This document shows positions 1 through 14,363 of a stretch of 64,000 bases of DNA, one piece after another (the first letter of the stretch is position 1; the number at the start of each line of letters is the position of its first letter). The translations under genes and the position numbers were made by a program. Under the pieces are notes generated by a model, which had not been told where the DNA came from, searched no databases, and saw nothing but the letters and a program-made list of their open reading frames with translations. Source of the DNA: Hypanus sabinus (Eukaryota); assembly GCF_030144855.1 (NCBI RefSeq), contig NC_082711.1, forward strand, positions 77,314,001 to 77,378,000, in the 5' to 3' direction.

Positions 1-224
1 CATCTGCTTACCCACCCCTTCCCCCCCACCCCAGTCAGGGTCACATGAAGCCATGGGAGCAAGTGGTGGATGGTTTTTTGAGCAGCTGATACATATCACA
101 AGTCCTGGTTCTGCTGATGCCAGGCTCAGAAGAGTATTGATAATGACTGGGGTCACCCATTTTGTAAAAACACTGCCCAGAAGAAGGGTGGAGGGACAGA
201 TAGTTCTGAGAAGTAGAGAGGCTA

Positions 225-1078
225 CAGATGGACTTAGACAGATTAGGAGAATTGACATATAAGTAGCAGATGGAATACAGTGCTGGGAAGTGTATAGCCA
301 TGCACTTTCGTAGAAAAAATAAGAGTAGATTATTTTCTAAATGGGGAGAAAATTTAAAAAATCTGAAGTGCAAAGGGACTTGGGAGACCTTGTGCAGGAT
401 TCCCTAAAGGTTAATTTGCTGGTTGAGTCAGTAGTGAGGAAGGCAAATGCAATTTTGGCATTCATTTCGAGAGGACAAGAATATAAAAACAAGGATGTAA
501 TGCTGAGGCTTTGTAAAGCACTGGTGAGGCCTCACTTGGAGTATTTTGAGCAGTTTTGGGCCCATTGTCTAAGGAAGATTGTGCTGACACTGGAGAGGGT
601 TCAAAGGAGGTTCACAAAACTGATTCCAGGATTGAAAGGCTTGTCATATGAGGAGTGTTTAATGGTTCTGGGTCTCTACTCACTGGAATTCTGAAAAATG
701 AGGAGTGACCTCATTGAAACCTATCAAATGTTGAAAGGCCTGGATAAGGTGGATATGGTGACAATGTTTCCTAACGTGGGGGAGCCTAACACCAGAGGAC
801 ATAGCCTCAGAATAGAGGGGCGTCATTTTAGAATGGAGATAAGGACGTATTTCTTTAGCCAGAGAATGGTGAATCTGTGGAATTTGTTGCCACATGCTGC
901 TGTGAAGTCCAAGTCTGAAGTAGATAGATTATTGATTAGTCAGGGCATGAAGCGACTTGGGGAGAAAGCAGAAGATTGGGGCTGAGAGGAAAAATGGATC
1001 AGCCACAATGAAATGGCAGAGCAGACTCAATGGGCCAATTGGCCTAATTCTGCTTCTACAATATATGTTATGGTCTTA
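225..1078 (+). mobile_element. CR1-clade LINE 3' fragment
   Basis: LVRPHLEY, LERVQRRFTKLIPG, TRGHSLRI motifs; typical 3' tail. Confidence 0.9.
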
Positions 1079-2539
1079 TCCTAAAGAACAACATTCCTGT
1101 AATTTACCAGTGAGTTGTTCAATTAGAAGATGTACACAATCAATCACGCCCTTTCGCACGATCTAGCCTTACGTCTCTTCTTGCAGACTATTCATTTAAG
1201 TAGGATCACTAATAGATTTGCATTCAAAATGTGGCAAGGAATTGAATGGCTGGGAAGTTTAAATTGAGAATAAAGAAGAGGAGCAGAAGTTCATCAAAAA
1301 ATTCTTGATACATATATTACAGTATAGAATGCTTTTTCACAGGAATTGTTGAGAAAAAGACCATCAGATTACTTAAAAGAAAATAAGAAATGTTTGAAGC
1401 AAATGGGAAATGGGGGGGGTGGGGTGGGGTGGGGGAGTTTGCAAGACTGTATGGCAATGCGATTTGTCTGGGGATGTCCAGCATAGAGCAAGGACGAAAG
1501 TAACTGACAGTGTGGTGTCATTTGATGGTAATGTGTCTGACATTCAGAAATAGCATATGGGATATTAGAAAAGCTGTAGTCATGAGATGGTGAGAAGCAT
1601 AAAATGTGGGTTGTCTGAGAAGTTTACTGCTTCAACAAAACTGAAATTGAATGGTGACTGAATAAAACACTAACGTCACAAAATTGATTACTTATGTTGA
1701 TTTTACTTTTAGTCAAAGAAACCTGACAGGAATTTTTCTTTCCACTTCCAAATAATGTTTTATTATAAGCACGAGGAAATGAGCCTTTTGCATCTTACTG
1801 AAAAACACACTGACCAATATGACATCAGAAATACAGATGAATGGTCGAATTTGGGAGAGATGACGGGAATGAGGGAAGAATAAAATAGGTAAGTGTGGAT
1901 TTGCGTATACAGTGTTTGCTGACATTTGCTGATTAGTTTGGATTTGGTGGGCCTGCTTCCATGCTGTATCCTTCTAAGACACCAAGAAGAATGTAATTCA
2001 ATGAACTGCGGAGTTTCTGGGGATCATAAGATGTGCTCTGTCTATTAAGAAAGGAACATCATCATCTTGAATGTGATTTGTTGAAGCAGATGTGAAAATT
2101 AACACAAGGCATTTTGGGCACTCCTACTGAAGGAGAAGCAATCCTTATACTGTTCCCTATAAAGATCAAACCTCCCCTAATGTGCTTACACGTAGCTTAT
2201 TAGCAAAGAAACAATGAGTTCTTTGTCTTACAAGTAGAGTGTAAACTAATCTCCCAACCTAAAGCTGCAATTCTAATAATCATAATCACTCACAATGATT
2301 CAATGACAGCTTCATCCTCTCTGTCATCTGACTTCTGAGTGGCCTGTGAGCCCATGAACAATACCTCTTTACTCCTTTTTGCACTACATGTTTATTTCTC
2401 TAATATATAGTATTTCAATGACTTTGCTCTGTACTGCCACCACAAAACAATGCATCTCTTGTCATATGTCAGTGATAATAAATCTGAAATATAATGAAAT
2501 AGCCACAAAGAAGGAGCAATTTAAAAAGCAACCTGATGC

Positions 2540-3450
2540 GGTTAAAATGCCTGTAGGTCTCCTGGAACTGATGGCTCGCAATCTAGAATCTTAAAGAAAG
2601 TGACCAGTTAGCTTCCAAAAGACTCTAAAATAAGCGCTATCGACAGTACAAATGGATATCAGGATTTTCAGAATGATTTTGTTCAGCTGGGCATGTGACT
2701 CAAGAAACAGCAAATAGAGTTCAATTCAGATAGGTGCAAGGTGTTGCATTTTGGGAAGACAAGTAAAGGTGGGACTTTCACAGTGAATAGTCAGGGCCTG
2801 GGTATGTACTGTAGAATAGTGGAGCCTAGGACTGTAAGTATGTGGTTCTCAGAAATTGGTGTCACGTCTATGCCAGATGGTGAGGAAGGGTTTTGTACAG
2901 TTCCATGACTGATGGCAGCCAATGTGTCAGAGGCCTGGGGCGTGATGTTGCAGTTGTACCACACATTGGTGAGACCGCATTTCAGCTACTGCATTCAGAT
3001 GTGGTCATCCTGCTATAGAAAAGAATAATTAAGCTGGGAAGGGTGCAGAGGAAATTTATGTGGATGTTGCTGGGATTTGAGGTACTGAGTTATGGAAAGA
3101 GGCTGAGCAGGCTTGGAATTTATTCACTGGAGCTTAGAAGAATGAGGATGTGCTTAAAGAGGTACATAAAATCACATTCTTTCCCCAGGGTTGGGCAATC
3201 AAGAACTGGAAGACATAAGTTTAGGGGGAAAGGGGAGAGATTTAATAGGAACCTGATAAGCATTTCTTCAGCTAGAGGACAATTTGTATATGGAATGAGC
3301 TGCCAGGGAAGCAGATAAGGCAGCTATAGTCACTACATTTAAAAGTCACTTGAAGAGTTCCATGGATTGGAAAGGTTTATAGTAATATGGGCCCAACATG
3401 GGCAACTGGAACAGGCTTTCATGAAAATCTTGGTCATCATGGTTCAAAGA
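2540..3450 (+). mobile_element. Degenerate CR1 fragment
   Basis: VQRKF..MLLG..LSY..RLSRLGIYSLE remnants. Confidence 0.75.
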
Positions 3451-3905
3451 ATCTAAATGCATAAAAACTATTCAAGCAAGTGGGGTCGGAGGTTTCAGGT
3501 TGGGAACAGGGGATAGATCATTTAAACCAGTCAGCCCAAAATCTGTCACGAGAAAAATGCTGGAGTCTATTTTCATAAAGTTATATAAAATTAGAAGAAC
3601 AGTTTAACCATCATTAGATAACTAAGCACAGTCGAATATTTTGTGGAGTGCTTTGACGATGTAACAAGAGTGCATAAAGGGGAATCAGTTAATGTAGCAT
3701 ACTTTGATTTTCAGATGGCTTTTGAAATGGTGCCACAAATTGCACACGCTAAAAGACATAGAATTACAGCTAAAATACTTGACTGGATAGGAGAATGAAA
3801 ATAGAAAGTGCTGGAAATGCTAAGCAGGTAGGCATAATCTGCAGAAAAAAGCTTCAGGTCCAGGATCTTCCATTTTATGTTAACTACTCAATTATTTAGG
3901 AACAA

Positions 3906-4727
3906 GGAGGAGGAGCTCAGGAGAATCAATGGCGCCTAATGGCAACTCCTTTGCTTGCATCTTTGGAAACAGCTCTATTTCTATCTTTAATATCTCTATT
4001 TTTCACTTTCAGGGTTCTTTTGAAGACCCTGACCTGGAGTTACACGCTGACTACAGTTCTTTGCGGGAATGGGACCTGCTCTCGGGGTTTCACGACTGGC
4101 CATTATTTAGCATGCCAAGCTGCAGCCTAAGAGCTTCACTCACCTACGGAGGGCTGAGATTTCGTGGCTCTGGAGGTTGGGGGGGGGGGGACCGCAGGTC
4201 AGGAGATTGGTGTGTCGTGGGAGTCAGAAGATATAAGGCTGTGTGCCTGGAGACCTAAGATCTTTAGGCACAGAGCTTGGAAAAAGCAAGACAACAGACT
4301 TTTAACATCATAAACCAGCGAGTTGTTTGTTACGTCTCCCCTCTCGCTGTGAAACGGAGACACCTCTTTCTCCCTCATTAAGGAGAAAGAGAGAGTGTCT
4401 GTGATATGTTGAATACCAGGCGATCAAGTAGTCTTCGGGGTACTGCAAGTCTGTGTCTTTGCTGGTACTTTGCCGCACGCTTGAGTGCTCGGTGGTGGGT
4501 GCTGATGCTTTTTTTCACTGGTGGGGCGAGGGGGGAATCATTGCTTGCTGCCACTTATGCGTGGGAGGGAGAGGAGCTGGGGGGGACTTGTGGGGTTTTA
4601 GCATTTAACTGTCATTCAATCTTTGGGGGCACTCCTCTGTTTTTCGTGGATGGTTGCAAAGAAAAAGCATTTCAAGGTGTATATTGTATACATTTCTCTG
4701 ACAGTAAATGTACCTTTGAAATCTTTG
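3906..4727 (+). mobile_element. Non-autonomous ~0.8-kb retroelement, copy 1, with CTTTGA-type tail
   Basis: Homologous to 33652-34370 in inverted orientation; no coding capacity. Confidence 0.8.
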
Positions 4728-5779
4728 ATTTAACCTCACCTGTGAAATTCTCTTTTTTTCATTCGTTGCCTGCTACAACAACACAAGAAACAGGAACAGC
4801 AGTAGGCCAGCAGGCCCACACCTGCCCTGCGATTCAATGAAAACATGGCTGATCAATGCTGCCTTTGACATCCCTTCCATGCCAATTCCCCACAATCTTC
4901 AATTCATCACTCTTTCAAAAATTTATTGTCTGCACTTCAAATGATCTACCTTCCATTACCATCTATATCGTTGCAAATTTTCTATCCTCTGAAAGAAGAA
5001 ACTTAGGCACTTCAGTTTTACATGACCAGTCTCTTACCTGGCAACTCTGTCACTTTCTTTGCTATATAGAAAATTGAAAATTTAAATTGAACCATTGCTT
5101 AACTTTACAGAAGAGACCCAGACCAGAAACGTTAACTGTTTATCTTTCCAAATACGTAATCTGATCTGTTGAGCTTTTCCAGCAGTTTCTCTTTTTATAT
5201 CTCATTAACAATATTTTCACTTTCTTTTTATTTGGATAGTAGACTGGTTAACAAACCAATGATAATAGAGACTGTGAATAAAATTGATCAGTTTCACATA
5301 GGTGGTCAGTAACTAGTTAGGTGTCACAGGAATCATTGTCCCAACTATTTCCCACCTATATTGATGAGTTGGAAGAAAGGAGCAAAGAGGATTTCACGAT
5401 AATGCAAAATCAGGTGTGTTAGCAGATTGTGTGACTGAGTCTGCCCCTGGATTTATGTAGGTAAAGTGAATATGCAGTGGCTGGCCGATGGAACATGTGG
5501 GAAAATATGAAGTTATCCACAATAGAAGGAAGAATGAAAAAGCAAATTATTATATAAATGTTTGAGACAATAAAATATTAAACTATGAAGATTTAATCTA
5601 GGTGTTCTTATGCATGAAGCACATTAAAATATGCATCTATGCACTTAATTAATAAAGTTAATGGACTTTGGCTTTTATTGCAAGGGGTAGGATAAGTAAA
5701 AGTAGGGGGGTTTTGACTCAACTTGGCAGGACTCTAGAGAGATTGCATAAGGATTGCTGTATACAGAATGGTCTCCATT

Positions 5780-6390
5780 TTTTGAGGCCCTCCATTGGTT
5801 AAGGTTGACCATGGATGTTGCATCTTAGCTGTCTACGTGATACGCAAGCCAGGGCAGTACAATATGGAGAGCAAGCTGTTGCCCATGGCGCAGGCTCCCC
5901 CTCTCAATGCAGGTGATGAATCCAAAGGAATGGCAGAGAATTTTACAGTTTGGCACCAGCGGTATCACAGGAGTTGCCAGTCAAGAGTTAAACTCAACGC
6001 AGGACTGCCTTTGGGACTCCGGGTCCAGATCTTTCCTTAGGGTTTACTCCCAAACCCTTCCCCATGAGTGAGTAGAGCAGCAAGGCAGTGGAGGTTTGAA
6101 TTCAGAGTTTTTCTTCCCCTAGATTCACTGCCAACCGCAGCAAAGCAGCCTCATCAGTCCAAAGCCACTGGTTTCAAGGTGTCACTAACAGGACTTTGCC
6201 CCTTCTCGTCAGTAGAAATGGTTCCGCCAGGCTTAGCAGCTAACTCACACATGAAGGCCAGGAGCTGGACGGTTGTCAGAGGCTATTTGAGAAGCATGTC
6301 ACTGGGAGCATTTTATAGGCAGTGGGAGCTCATCCCTACTCTTCCCCCCCCCTCCCCCCACCGGCTATGATAACTTTAAAGCAACCAATC
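5780..6390 (-). mobile_element. Non-autonomous RTE/Ingi-type element inserted in an old CR1
   Basis: 3' ~200 nt homologous to the tail of the SINE at 14071; CR1 sequence on both sides. Confidence 0.6.
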
Positions 6391-9300
6391 TTAAGGTATT
6401 AATCCAATAACAGTTCCTGTAATTAAAGGATACGTATCTATGTCTGCATTGGAGGTGCAAGAGTGTAGGTTCACTGGATTGATCTCTGGGATGAAGTGAT
6501 TGACAAATGAAGAAAGGGAGAACAGATTGTATGCATTAAAAAATCTGGTCATTTTGTTATGATATACAGTATTACAAAGGGATTGATTGTGTGGATGCAG
6601 ATAGGAGGCTTTCCAAGTAAGGGGATCTAAAAAAATAAGGGATATGGTTTTGAAATAACGGACACCATTTAATGTAGAGTTGAAGGGGAAGTTCTGCTCT
6701 CAGTTGGTGAGTTCCTTACCCCTGAGAACTGTGGAAGATATTCAAGATGCAGATAGCAAAATTATTAAACTAAAAAAGTATTATAATTCCAATTTTGTTA
6801 ATGTTGTGCGCATCCACTGCTCAAGAATGCATTGAGCTGCGGTCTTTGTCGAGGTTGTAGCTCAGATTTGGTTGATTTTTAGTTTCGTATGGATGGTTCT
6901 GAGCCAGAGAGATGACTTAAGAGCCAGGTTAGGATTTAGGGACAGGGATCTGTGGAATTCGAAGACAGGCTCCTCTCCACACTCGAAGGCCAGTAATGTG
7001 GACACAGACAGAGGTCGTGTCGGCAGATTGGCAAGGCTGAGGCTTCCATGCTTACAAGAGGAAGTTGGCTTGTTTTACTGTTACTGCATTGTTACTTGGT
7101 AAGTTCTGTGTTGATCTGCTGACCATAGCAAACATGCTACGTTAGCACTGAACCAGCTACCCCCAGCACATCCTTGGGTGTGCAAATGACTATTTTACAC
7201 AATGTTTGGATACATATATATATAAAATAAATAAAACCGAATCCAAACCTGAGAACAAACATACAAAACCTCTATAGCCAAAGAAGGCACTCAAAATTGG
7301 GAAAATGAAATGCTGCAAGCATGTTCATTGGTCTAGTTTGGGGACTCAGGGAAAGTGACAGGGTTCTCAAGTGTCAAGCAGCATGTTGACACAGGGCTTC
7401 AAATGTGTGCTCTTTCTTTATGTCGCCATTGACTTGGTCCTGGTACATTTTATATGCACTTGCTCATTGTTTGCAACATCAAAACACAGCTGAATCGTGT
7501 CCTGAAGTCACAGGATACTTATGACAAAGCACTGATTTTGTTTCTCCAGGTGTCTGTCAGACATCACAGCTTGTCAGGTATAAATAAAGTTGTATGAGTT
7601 TCCAGGGTAACCAAAACTTATTGAAATGCTGAAACAGAACTCTAATGATAAAACCCAATTTAAAAAAAGAAATACCCATACAACGTGGGAACAATGCCAA
7701 CCTTGAAATGTTCTTTGTGTCCCTTACTAAACAGATGTCTTTTATTTAGAACTACTATATGTATTTTGTTTCAGCAATAACATCTACAATTACAGGACAA
7801 ATAACTTATTTCACAATGCCTTTATTGATGGTTGGAATGCTTAATAAAAATTATAAACAACTTTGGAATTTTTTCATTTTGTTCACAAACTCCAACTTAA
7901 TTAAAAAATCACTTTTGAAAACACGCAAAATAAATGAAAGGAAGGAGGCATGTGGGAAATAATCTGGTGCTGTCACGACATGTTTGATTTCCATGTTAAG
8001 GTATTCACATGATTTGTCATCCAGTCATTGATATCTCTTTAAGGGTGGTATCCAAACACAAAGGATTGAAATAATCAGGCTAAAGCATACAAGTCAGTTT
8101 TTGGATATAAGCTTTTAAAATGCCAAGAACACAAAAGTCTGGTGAGCAGAAAGAAACATTTCCAAATCAGACCCAAGGCAAGAGAAGAAGACAAGAACTT
8201 TTCAACAGCCACAGCTGAATGAATTCACTCATGCTGCACTAAAATAACAATTAAAACAAATACATATAGAACAAAACAAATCATACAGTACAGCATGCAA
8301 CTAATGGTCTTCTACCAACCCACCACCATTATAGGATACCATTCTCCAACAATGGAGGTCCACAAGGGAAAAGTACATCAAATCTGCTAGCAGTAACTTC
8401 TGAGAATGGACTACCACAGAAGGCAGCCCGAAACATCGCCTACCAATTGCTCCTAATCTACCATAACAGGATAAGTGAGGGCAATTAATGGGGTAGTATT
8501 TGTACTCAATTAATTCCATTGTGCAGGCCTATTGCTCACATGCCCAATACCTGACTCCTGAAACAGACCTTCTAATTTAGTCAGTCACAGCAAAAAGATT
8601 GTCAAACGGACTAAGGAAAAGATTCAAAGAAATTTTCAAAGCCTCATTATCTAAGTATAATATTCTACAAGGAGTGTACAAGGTTGACTACCCAATCACT
8701 AACCCTAGTATGCCCCATCCCACTTGGGTCCCAGATTGCACAGAACAGAACAGCAGCAAGTCACTCTCAATCCTGAGGCACCAAGGAAATACGACATGCA
8801 AACACACACACACAGAATTCTGGAGCCACAAGTTAGGCAGCATTTATGGAGGGGAATGAACAGGTAAATGAATGCAAAGCTTCCACAGTAAAAGTTAATT
8901 TGCCTTACTTCCAACTTCCAGCTAAATGCACCATACTTCTGGTTTCCCTTCATCAAAGGCAGAAGAAACTCCCACATTTATTTGAATGGTATGTATACCA
9001 CAATACTTGTACTAACAGTATTTCAGTCAACTCCCATAAAGTAATTGAAATGGTAGTTCATTAATCAACACCAAAAAATAGCAGTCATTATTTTAAATAT
9101 TAGATCAACACTTCTGCCAACAAATTTCAATCAACAGGTAACCAGGTTGTGCAGAGCTTTCTTTACTCTGCTGCAAATATAAGAGATTCAGTTGCCCTCA
9201 GGTGACGAAGTATCTGATTTCTTCAGTGGAACAATTACATTAGACATCCATAGAAAAGTACAGCACAGAAACAAGCCCTTCAGCCCATCTATTGCATGCT

Positions 9301-11129
9301 GACCCATTTAAACTGCCTAGTTCCAATGACCTGTACCCAAACCATAGCCATCCATACCCCTACTATACTTGTACCTATCCAAACTTCTTTTAGACGTTGA
9401 AATTGAACTCGTATGCACCACTTGCACTGGTAGCTTGTTCCACACTCTCACGACTCTCTGAGTGAAGAAGTTTCCTCTCGTGCCCCCTTAAACTTTTCAT
9501 CTTTTACCCTTAACCCATGACATCTAGTTGTAGTCCCACTCAACCTCAGTGGAAAAAGCATGCTTGCATTTACCCTTTCTATATATTACATACATAACAT
9601 ATAATTTTTAACAGCAACTCCAAGCAATGTGGCTTTCTAGGTGGTAAAGGGAAACAATGATTCAGTTACTGGGCAATTGAAATAATTAACAATCCACATT
9701 TTATGGAGCCAGCAGACCAGTACCAAGAACTTGTGCAGTTTCTGCCACCTGCATTAATGAAAATGTTAATTCACAGTACTTGATTGTGCTGAGTCACACT
9801 TAACATATTCAAAATGTGGTAAAACCCAAAACACGGAAAAGAGCAGAAAATGTTAAATAGAGTACGTACAAAATTCTTCCCTAACAGCAAAGACAATAGC
9901 TCAGGAATAAATTGTGGGAGACTGAAAATAACTCATTTATCTTTAAAGTAATAAAAGAATTATCTAATTGAATAAAAGGACATTATCAAAAAAAAACAGA
10001 CAGTGCCGGGGGGAGGGGGGAGCATGAGAAGATATTTCGCTTTCAGGGTATGTAAGCACTAGATATTCTTTATCTGAATATTGTCAATGAGTATATTCAA
10101 TTATCAGTGATACAACTTTGAACAGTAAGGAGGGGATCAGGAGATGGCCTGGTTGGGTGTAGGATGAGTGCGATGCATGATGGGTATGATAATGAATGGC
10201 TGAAAGGATACTGCTTCTACTGAATTTATTATGCAGTAAAATTAAGGAATTAAACTACTAACCTATACATCCTTGGAGAGTGGAAGGACACCAGAGCACC
10301 CGAGTAAATTGGGAGGAACTCAATAAACTTGTGACAGGAAAATTTGCTAATATACACCTGAAGATTCTGAGAGCTTCAAAGGTAAAGGATGTAGTCAATG
10401 TAAATAAAAATAAAAATATAAGGTGAGCTATATGACGGAATATTCAGTTTTGAAGAGTTCCATTTTTGACACTAGTTGATGTTCTCAAATTATCCATCCT
10501 CATTGACGTGTGAGAACTCCTGGCCCATGTGACTTAGTGGAAAGAGAGGATACTGAATGATACTGAGAAATTCATGTCTCCACATCAGGAAAATATGGAA
10601 GTCCACCAAAATCAATGGAAGGAGCACACAACTCCCTACTACCCCCCAGTCTCACTTGCAGCATCCTGTCTCACCAGTGGTGGAGTCTGCATATCTGACA
10701 TTGACCCTAGAAGCAACCCAAGATCCCAGAAAACTGGAAGCAAGTCATAAACACAAGAAAGTCTGCAGATGCTGAAAATCCAAAGCAACACACACAAACG
10801 CTGAAGGAGTTCAGCAGCTCAGACAGCATCTATGGAGGTGAATAAACCGTTGAGATTTTAAACCAAATCCCTTCTTCAGGGCTGGAAAGGAAGGGAGAAA
10901 ACATCAGATTTAAAAGGTGGGGGGAGGAGAAGGAGGACATCTAGAAGGTGATATGTGAAGCCAGGTGGGTAGGAAGGGTAAAAGGAATCTGATAGGAGCA
11001 GAGTGGACCAAGGGAAATAAGGAAGAAGGAAGGGCACTAGGGAGAGGTGATGAGCAACCTGGATATCCAGGAACACAGTACAAAAAAAGGAAAAAATTAC
11101 TAATTCAAACTACATTTATTTTAGTGCTC

Positions 11130-11995
11130 ACAGGTAAGGCAGATAAACTCATAGAATGGATTTGCTCTGACAATTGGGATGTTATTAGCCATAACAGGAA
11201 CAAGGCTGAGAGAAGGTAAGGACCATATGGGTAGAACTTAAAAAATACGAAGGCAAAGGTCATTCTAATGGGGCAGTATTATAAACCTCACCACTAGTAG
11301 TCAACTAGAACTTGAGGAGCAGGTATGTAGAGAAATTGTTCATAGTTATAGGAATAAAGGGGTTGTATCAGTGGGAGATTTTAATTTCCCTAGTATAACA
11401 TCCAGGCCTTCATCAGTCAGGGCATTCAGTACAGGAGGTGCATCTTTATATTGCATTTACATAAGGCATAGGTGCGGACACACTTGGAGTGCTATACAGG
11501 TTTGGCTACATTGTTATAGGAAGAACGGGATTAAATTAGAAAGAGTGCAGAAAAGATCTACAAGGCTATTGCCAGTAGGAGAAGGCATGAATTACAGGGA
11601 GAGGTTGGCCAGGCTAGGTCTTTAATCCTTGGAATGTAGTAGAATGAGGGGTGATCTTAAAGAAATGTTTAAAGTTATGAAAAACCCATAGATAAGGTGA
11701 ATGGCAACAGTCTTACCCAGGAGATCAAACCGAGATTTAGGGTTAAAACAAGAGATTTAAAAGACTTGAGGGGCAACATTTTCAAGCAGAGGGTGGTGAG
11801 TATATGGAATGAGCTGCCAAAAAAAGTAGATAAGGTAAATAGACTGATAAAATTTAAGAAGCACTTGGATAGATGCATGGAAGGACAGGGTTTAGACTGA
11901 TATAGGATGAATGCAGAAAATAGGGTCTGGCTGGATGGGCACAGTTATCCACATGGGCCAAAGGTCCTGAATCTGTGCCATATTGCTCTGTGACT
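11130..11995 (+). mobile_element. Degenerate CR1 fragments
   Basis: VGDFNFP, LERVQKRSTRLLP, FKQRVVSIWNELP. Confidence 0.8.
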
Positions 11996-12277
11996 CTCTA
12001 CTGAAGATGACACAGACTTGGCACTAGCGGACTAAACTTCTCAGAGGAATATGAATTGGACAATGACTACACAAGGAAATAGTTAGTCCCTTCACTAAAC
12101 CTTATTGAGAGAAATCTGAAGTGTTGTCATCAATTGGGATGGTTTGCATTGGATGTGATGTGAGCTGTGCTCTTATGACAGTGGTCTTTGGAGGATTTGA
12201 GTACAATTATTGTGAAGCTTATTATTCTTTTTTGCTTGTTCATTATCAACTTGAGAATTGTAAGAAAGAAAGCTTAC

Positions 12278-12395
12278 CTTTCCTGAAGACAATATTTTGC
12301 GCATATAGCAGGTTCAATCAATTTTGATGTCTGAAACATTGCCTTTAAAGGGGCTGAATTTACATAATTATAGCATCCACGGTACCAGCTGGTGA
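12278..12395 (-). CDS. Internal exon encoding a WSC-like motif (xTSWYRGCYNYVNSAPLKAMFQTSKLIEPAICAKYCLQE+); probably a 5' exon of a PKD1L1-like gene
   Basis: ctgttacag| acceptor and strong AG|gtaagc donor; 118 nt open; Y-x-G-C-Y...C-x3-C spacing typical of the N-half of WSC domains. PKD1L1 lies downstream of HUS1 on the same strand in human (synteny inference). Confidence 0.7.
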
Positions 12396-12529
12396 CTGTA
12401 ACAGATTAATAAAAGTGATCAGATAACTAACATTTAAGTATTACATAATTCCATACAATAACACTGTATTATTTGCCCATTTTCCCTTTCAGCCCATCTG
12501 ACCTCCATATTAATGTCATCAGGAGTATT

Positions 12530-12790
12530 TATTTATTCAGATACAGTGAAGAATAGGTCCTTACAGTCCTTCAAGTCACGCTACCCAGCAATTCCTGATT
12601 TAGTCCTAGCCTAATCTCAGGACAATTTACAATGACCAATTAACTAACCAACCAGTGCAACTTTGAACTGTGGGAGGAAACAGCAACCCACACAGTCATG
12701 GGGAGAATGTACAAACTCCTTACCGGCAGCAGCAGGAATTGAACCCAGGTCACATGCACTATAAAGCATGGTGCTAACCACTAGGCTACC
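12530..12790 (-). mobile_element. V-SINE/HE1-like tRNA SINE; related copies at ~32234-32510 (+) and ~39325-39510 (+)
   Basis: GGTTCAATTCC B box and shared TTTCCTCCCACA..GTTAATTGGTCATTGTAAATTGTCC core. Confidence 0.75.
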
Positions 12791-13369
12791 ATGAGAAGAA
12801 ATACACAAATTCTCAAAACCAATGAGTTAACCTATAATTATTTTTTAGAATTTGCAATTCAGCGATTAATGTGCAATGCCACTTTAGAAAAGAATTCAAA
12901 AGTAAAAGCAATTTAAAATTAATATTGATAAACTATCTTGATTTATGTGCAAAAGGAATTACTTTGAATATTGAACATTTTAATACATTACTAAAAAGAT
13001 ACAATACCAATCCAAATAGCAGGGAGATCTGCTAGGCCAGCATCTTAGAGTGAGAACAGTTACCAGAATGTTTCTGGAGATATTTATTTTAGTTCTACTC
13101 ACATTCATTTTTTTTCGCTGAATTTGATTAATTTCCTTTCTGTCCTGGTTTTCTGTAGATGTATGCAAAATGTGTATTATCTTTGGAAGGATTTGCTGGC
13201 TTTGGAGAAGATCCAGAAGAGATTCACGAAAATGATCTCGGGAATGAAAGGGTTAATGTATGAGGAGCGATTAATGGCTCTGGGCCTTTATTGCTGGAGA
13301 TTAGAAGAACAAGGAGGGGGTTGATGTCATTGAAGTCCATCAAATATTAAAAAGCCTAGACAGAGTGCT

Positions 13370-13800
13370 AGGTCCACTGAGATCTTGACATCCAGGAATT
13401 TCTCACTCTCTCAACTTCTGATCCCTCCATGGTATGTCTTCCTTCGTCTGACTCTTCCAGAAGTCCACAATCAGCTCTTTCATCTTCCTGACATTCAGTA
13501 CTCCACTAGTTGGCATATCTCACTCCCGTACACCCTCTCATTTCTGAGATTCTGCCGACAATAGTTGTATCATCAGCAAATTTATAGATTGTAATTGAGC
13601 TATGCCTAGCTACACAGTCATGTGTATACAGAAAGCAGAGCAGTGGGCTAAGCACACACCCTTGAGGTGCACCAGTGTTGATCGTCAGTGAGGAGGATAT
13701 GTTATCACCAATCCACACAGATTGTCGTCTTTTGGTTAGGAAGTCGAGGATCCAATGGCAGAGGGAGGTACAGAGGCCCAGGTTCTGTAACTTCTTATTC
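13370..13800 (-). mobile_element. Rex-Babar LINE RT fragment
   Basis: [25 protein letters not shown]. Confidence 0.9.
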
Positions 13801-14070
13801 CAGTCCACTCATACTTCCTCACCCACCCACTCAACCCATCCACATTTTCCCCTACAATCAAAGATGGTAAGGACAGATTCCAACATCTTGCAATCTCTTT
13901 GCCTTTAATTCAATTGAATGCAAACAATAATCGTGTGTTTTGTTTTTGCTGACATAACTATTAATTTTCAGGTAAAAGCGTGGATAATAAAACACATCAT
14001 TATTCAACTTATCAGGCTCAGGCTGATTTCCTGTACCAAAATATAGTTTAGTACAATGGTATGTCTCTTC

Positions 14071-14363
14071 GTCTTGTGTTGGCATGTGGCCAAGTGGCTA
14101 AGGTGTTTGTTTAGTTATCTGAAGGTCACTAGTTCGAGCCTTCGCTGAGGCTGCGTGTGTGTCCTTGAGCAAGGACTTAACCACACATTGCTCTGCGACG
14201 ACACCGGTGCCAAGCTGTATCAGCCTAGTGCCCTTCCCTTGGACAACATTGGTGGCATGGTGAGGGGCAACTGCCAGTCCATAAAAAAACCCTGCCCAGG
14301 CTTGCACCCTGGAAACTTTCCAAGGCACAAATCCATGATCTATCGAGACTAACGGAGGCCTAC
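14071..14363 (+). mobile_element. tRNA-derived SINE with 10-bp TSD
   Basis: A box TGGCCAAGTGG, B box GTTCGAGCC; TSD ATGTCTCTTC at 14061-14070 and 14364-14373. Confidence 0.85.

Noticed and set aside
1412-1435. G-quadruplex-capable G-run tract
   Set aside because: Simple expansion in degenerate repeat sequence; no supporting context.
6180-6290. HDV-like ribozyme at the 5' end of the RTE/Ingi-type element
   Set aside because: Plausible for the family, but I could not build a consistent P1/P2/P3/P1.1 fold in this copy; needs a descriptor search on the consensus.
14081-14150. Functional tRNA gene
   Set aside because: A and B boxes are present but the sequence is the head of a TSD-flanked SINE, without a clean cloverleaf.
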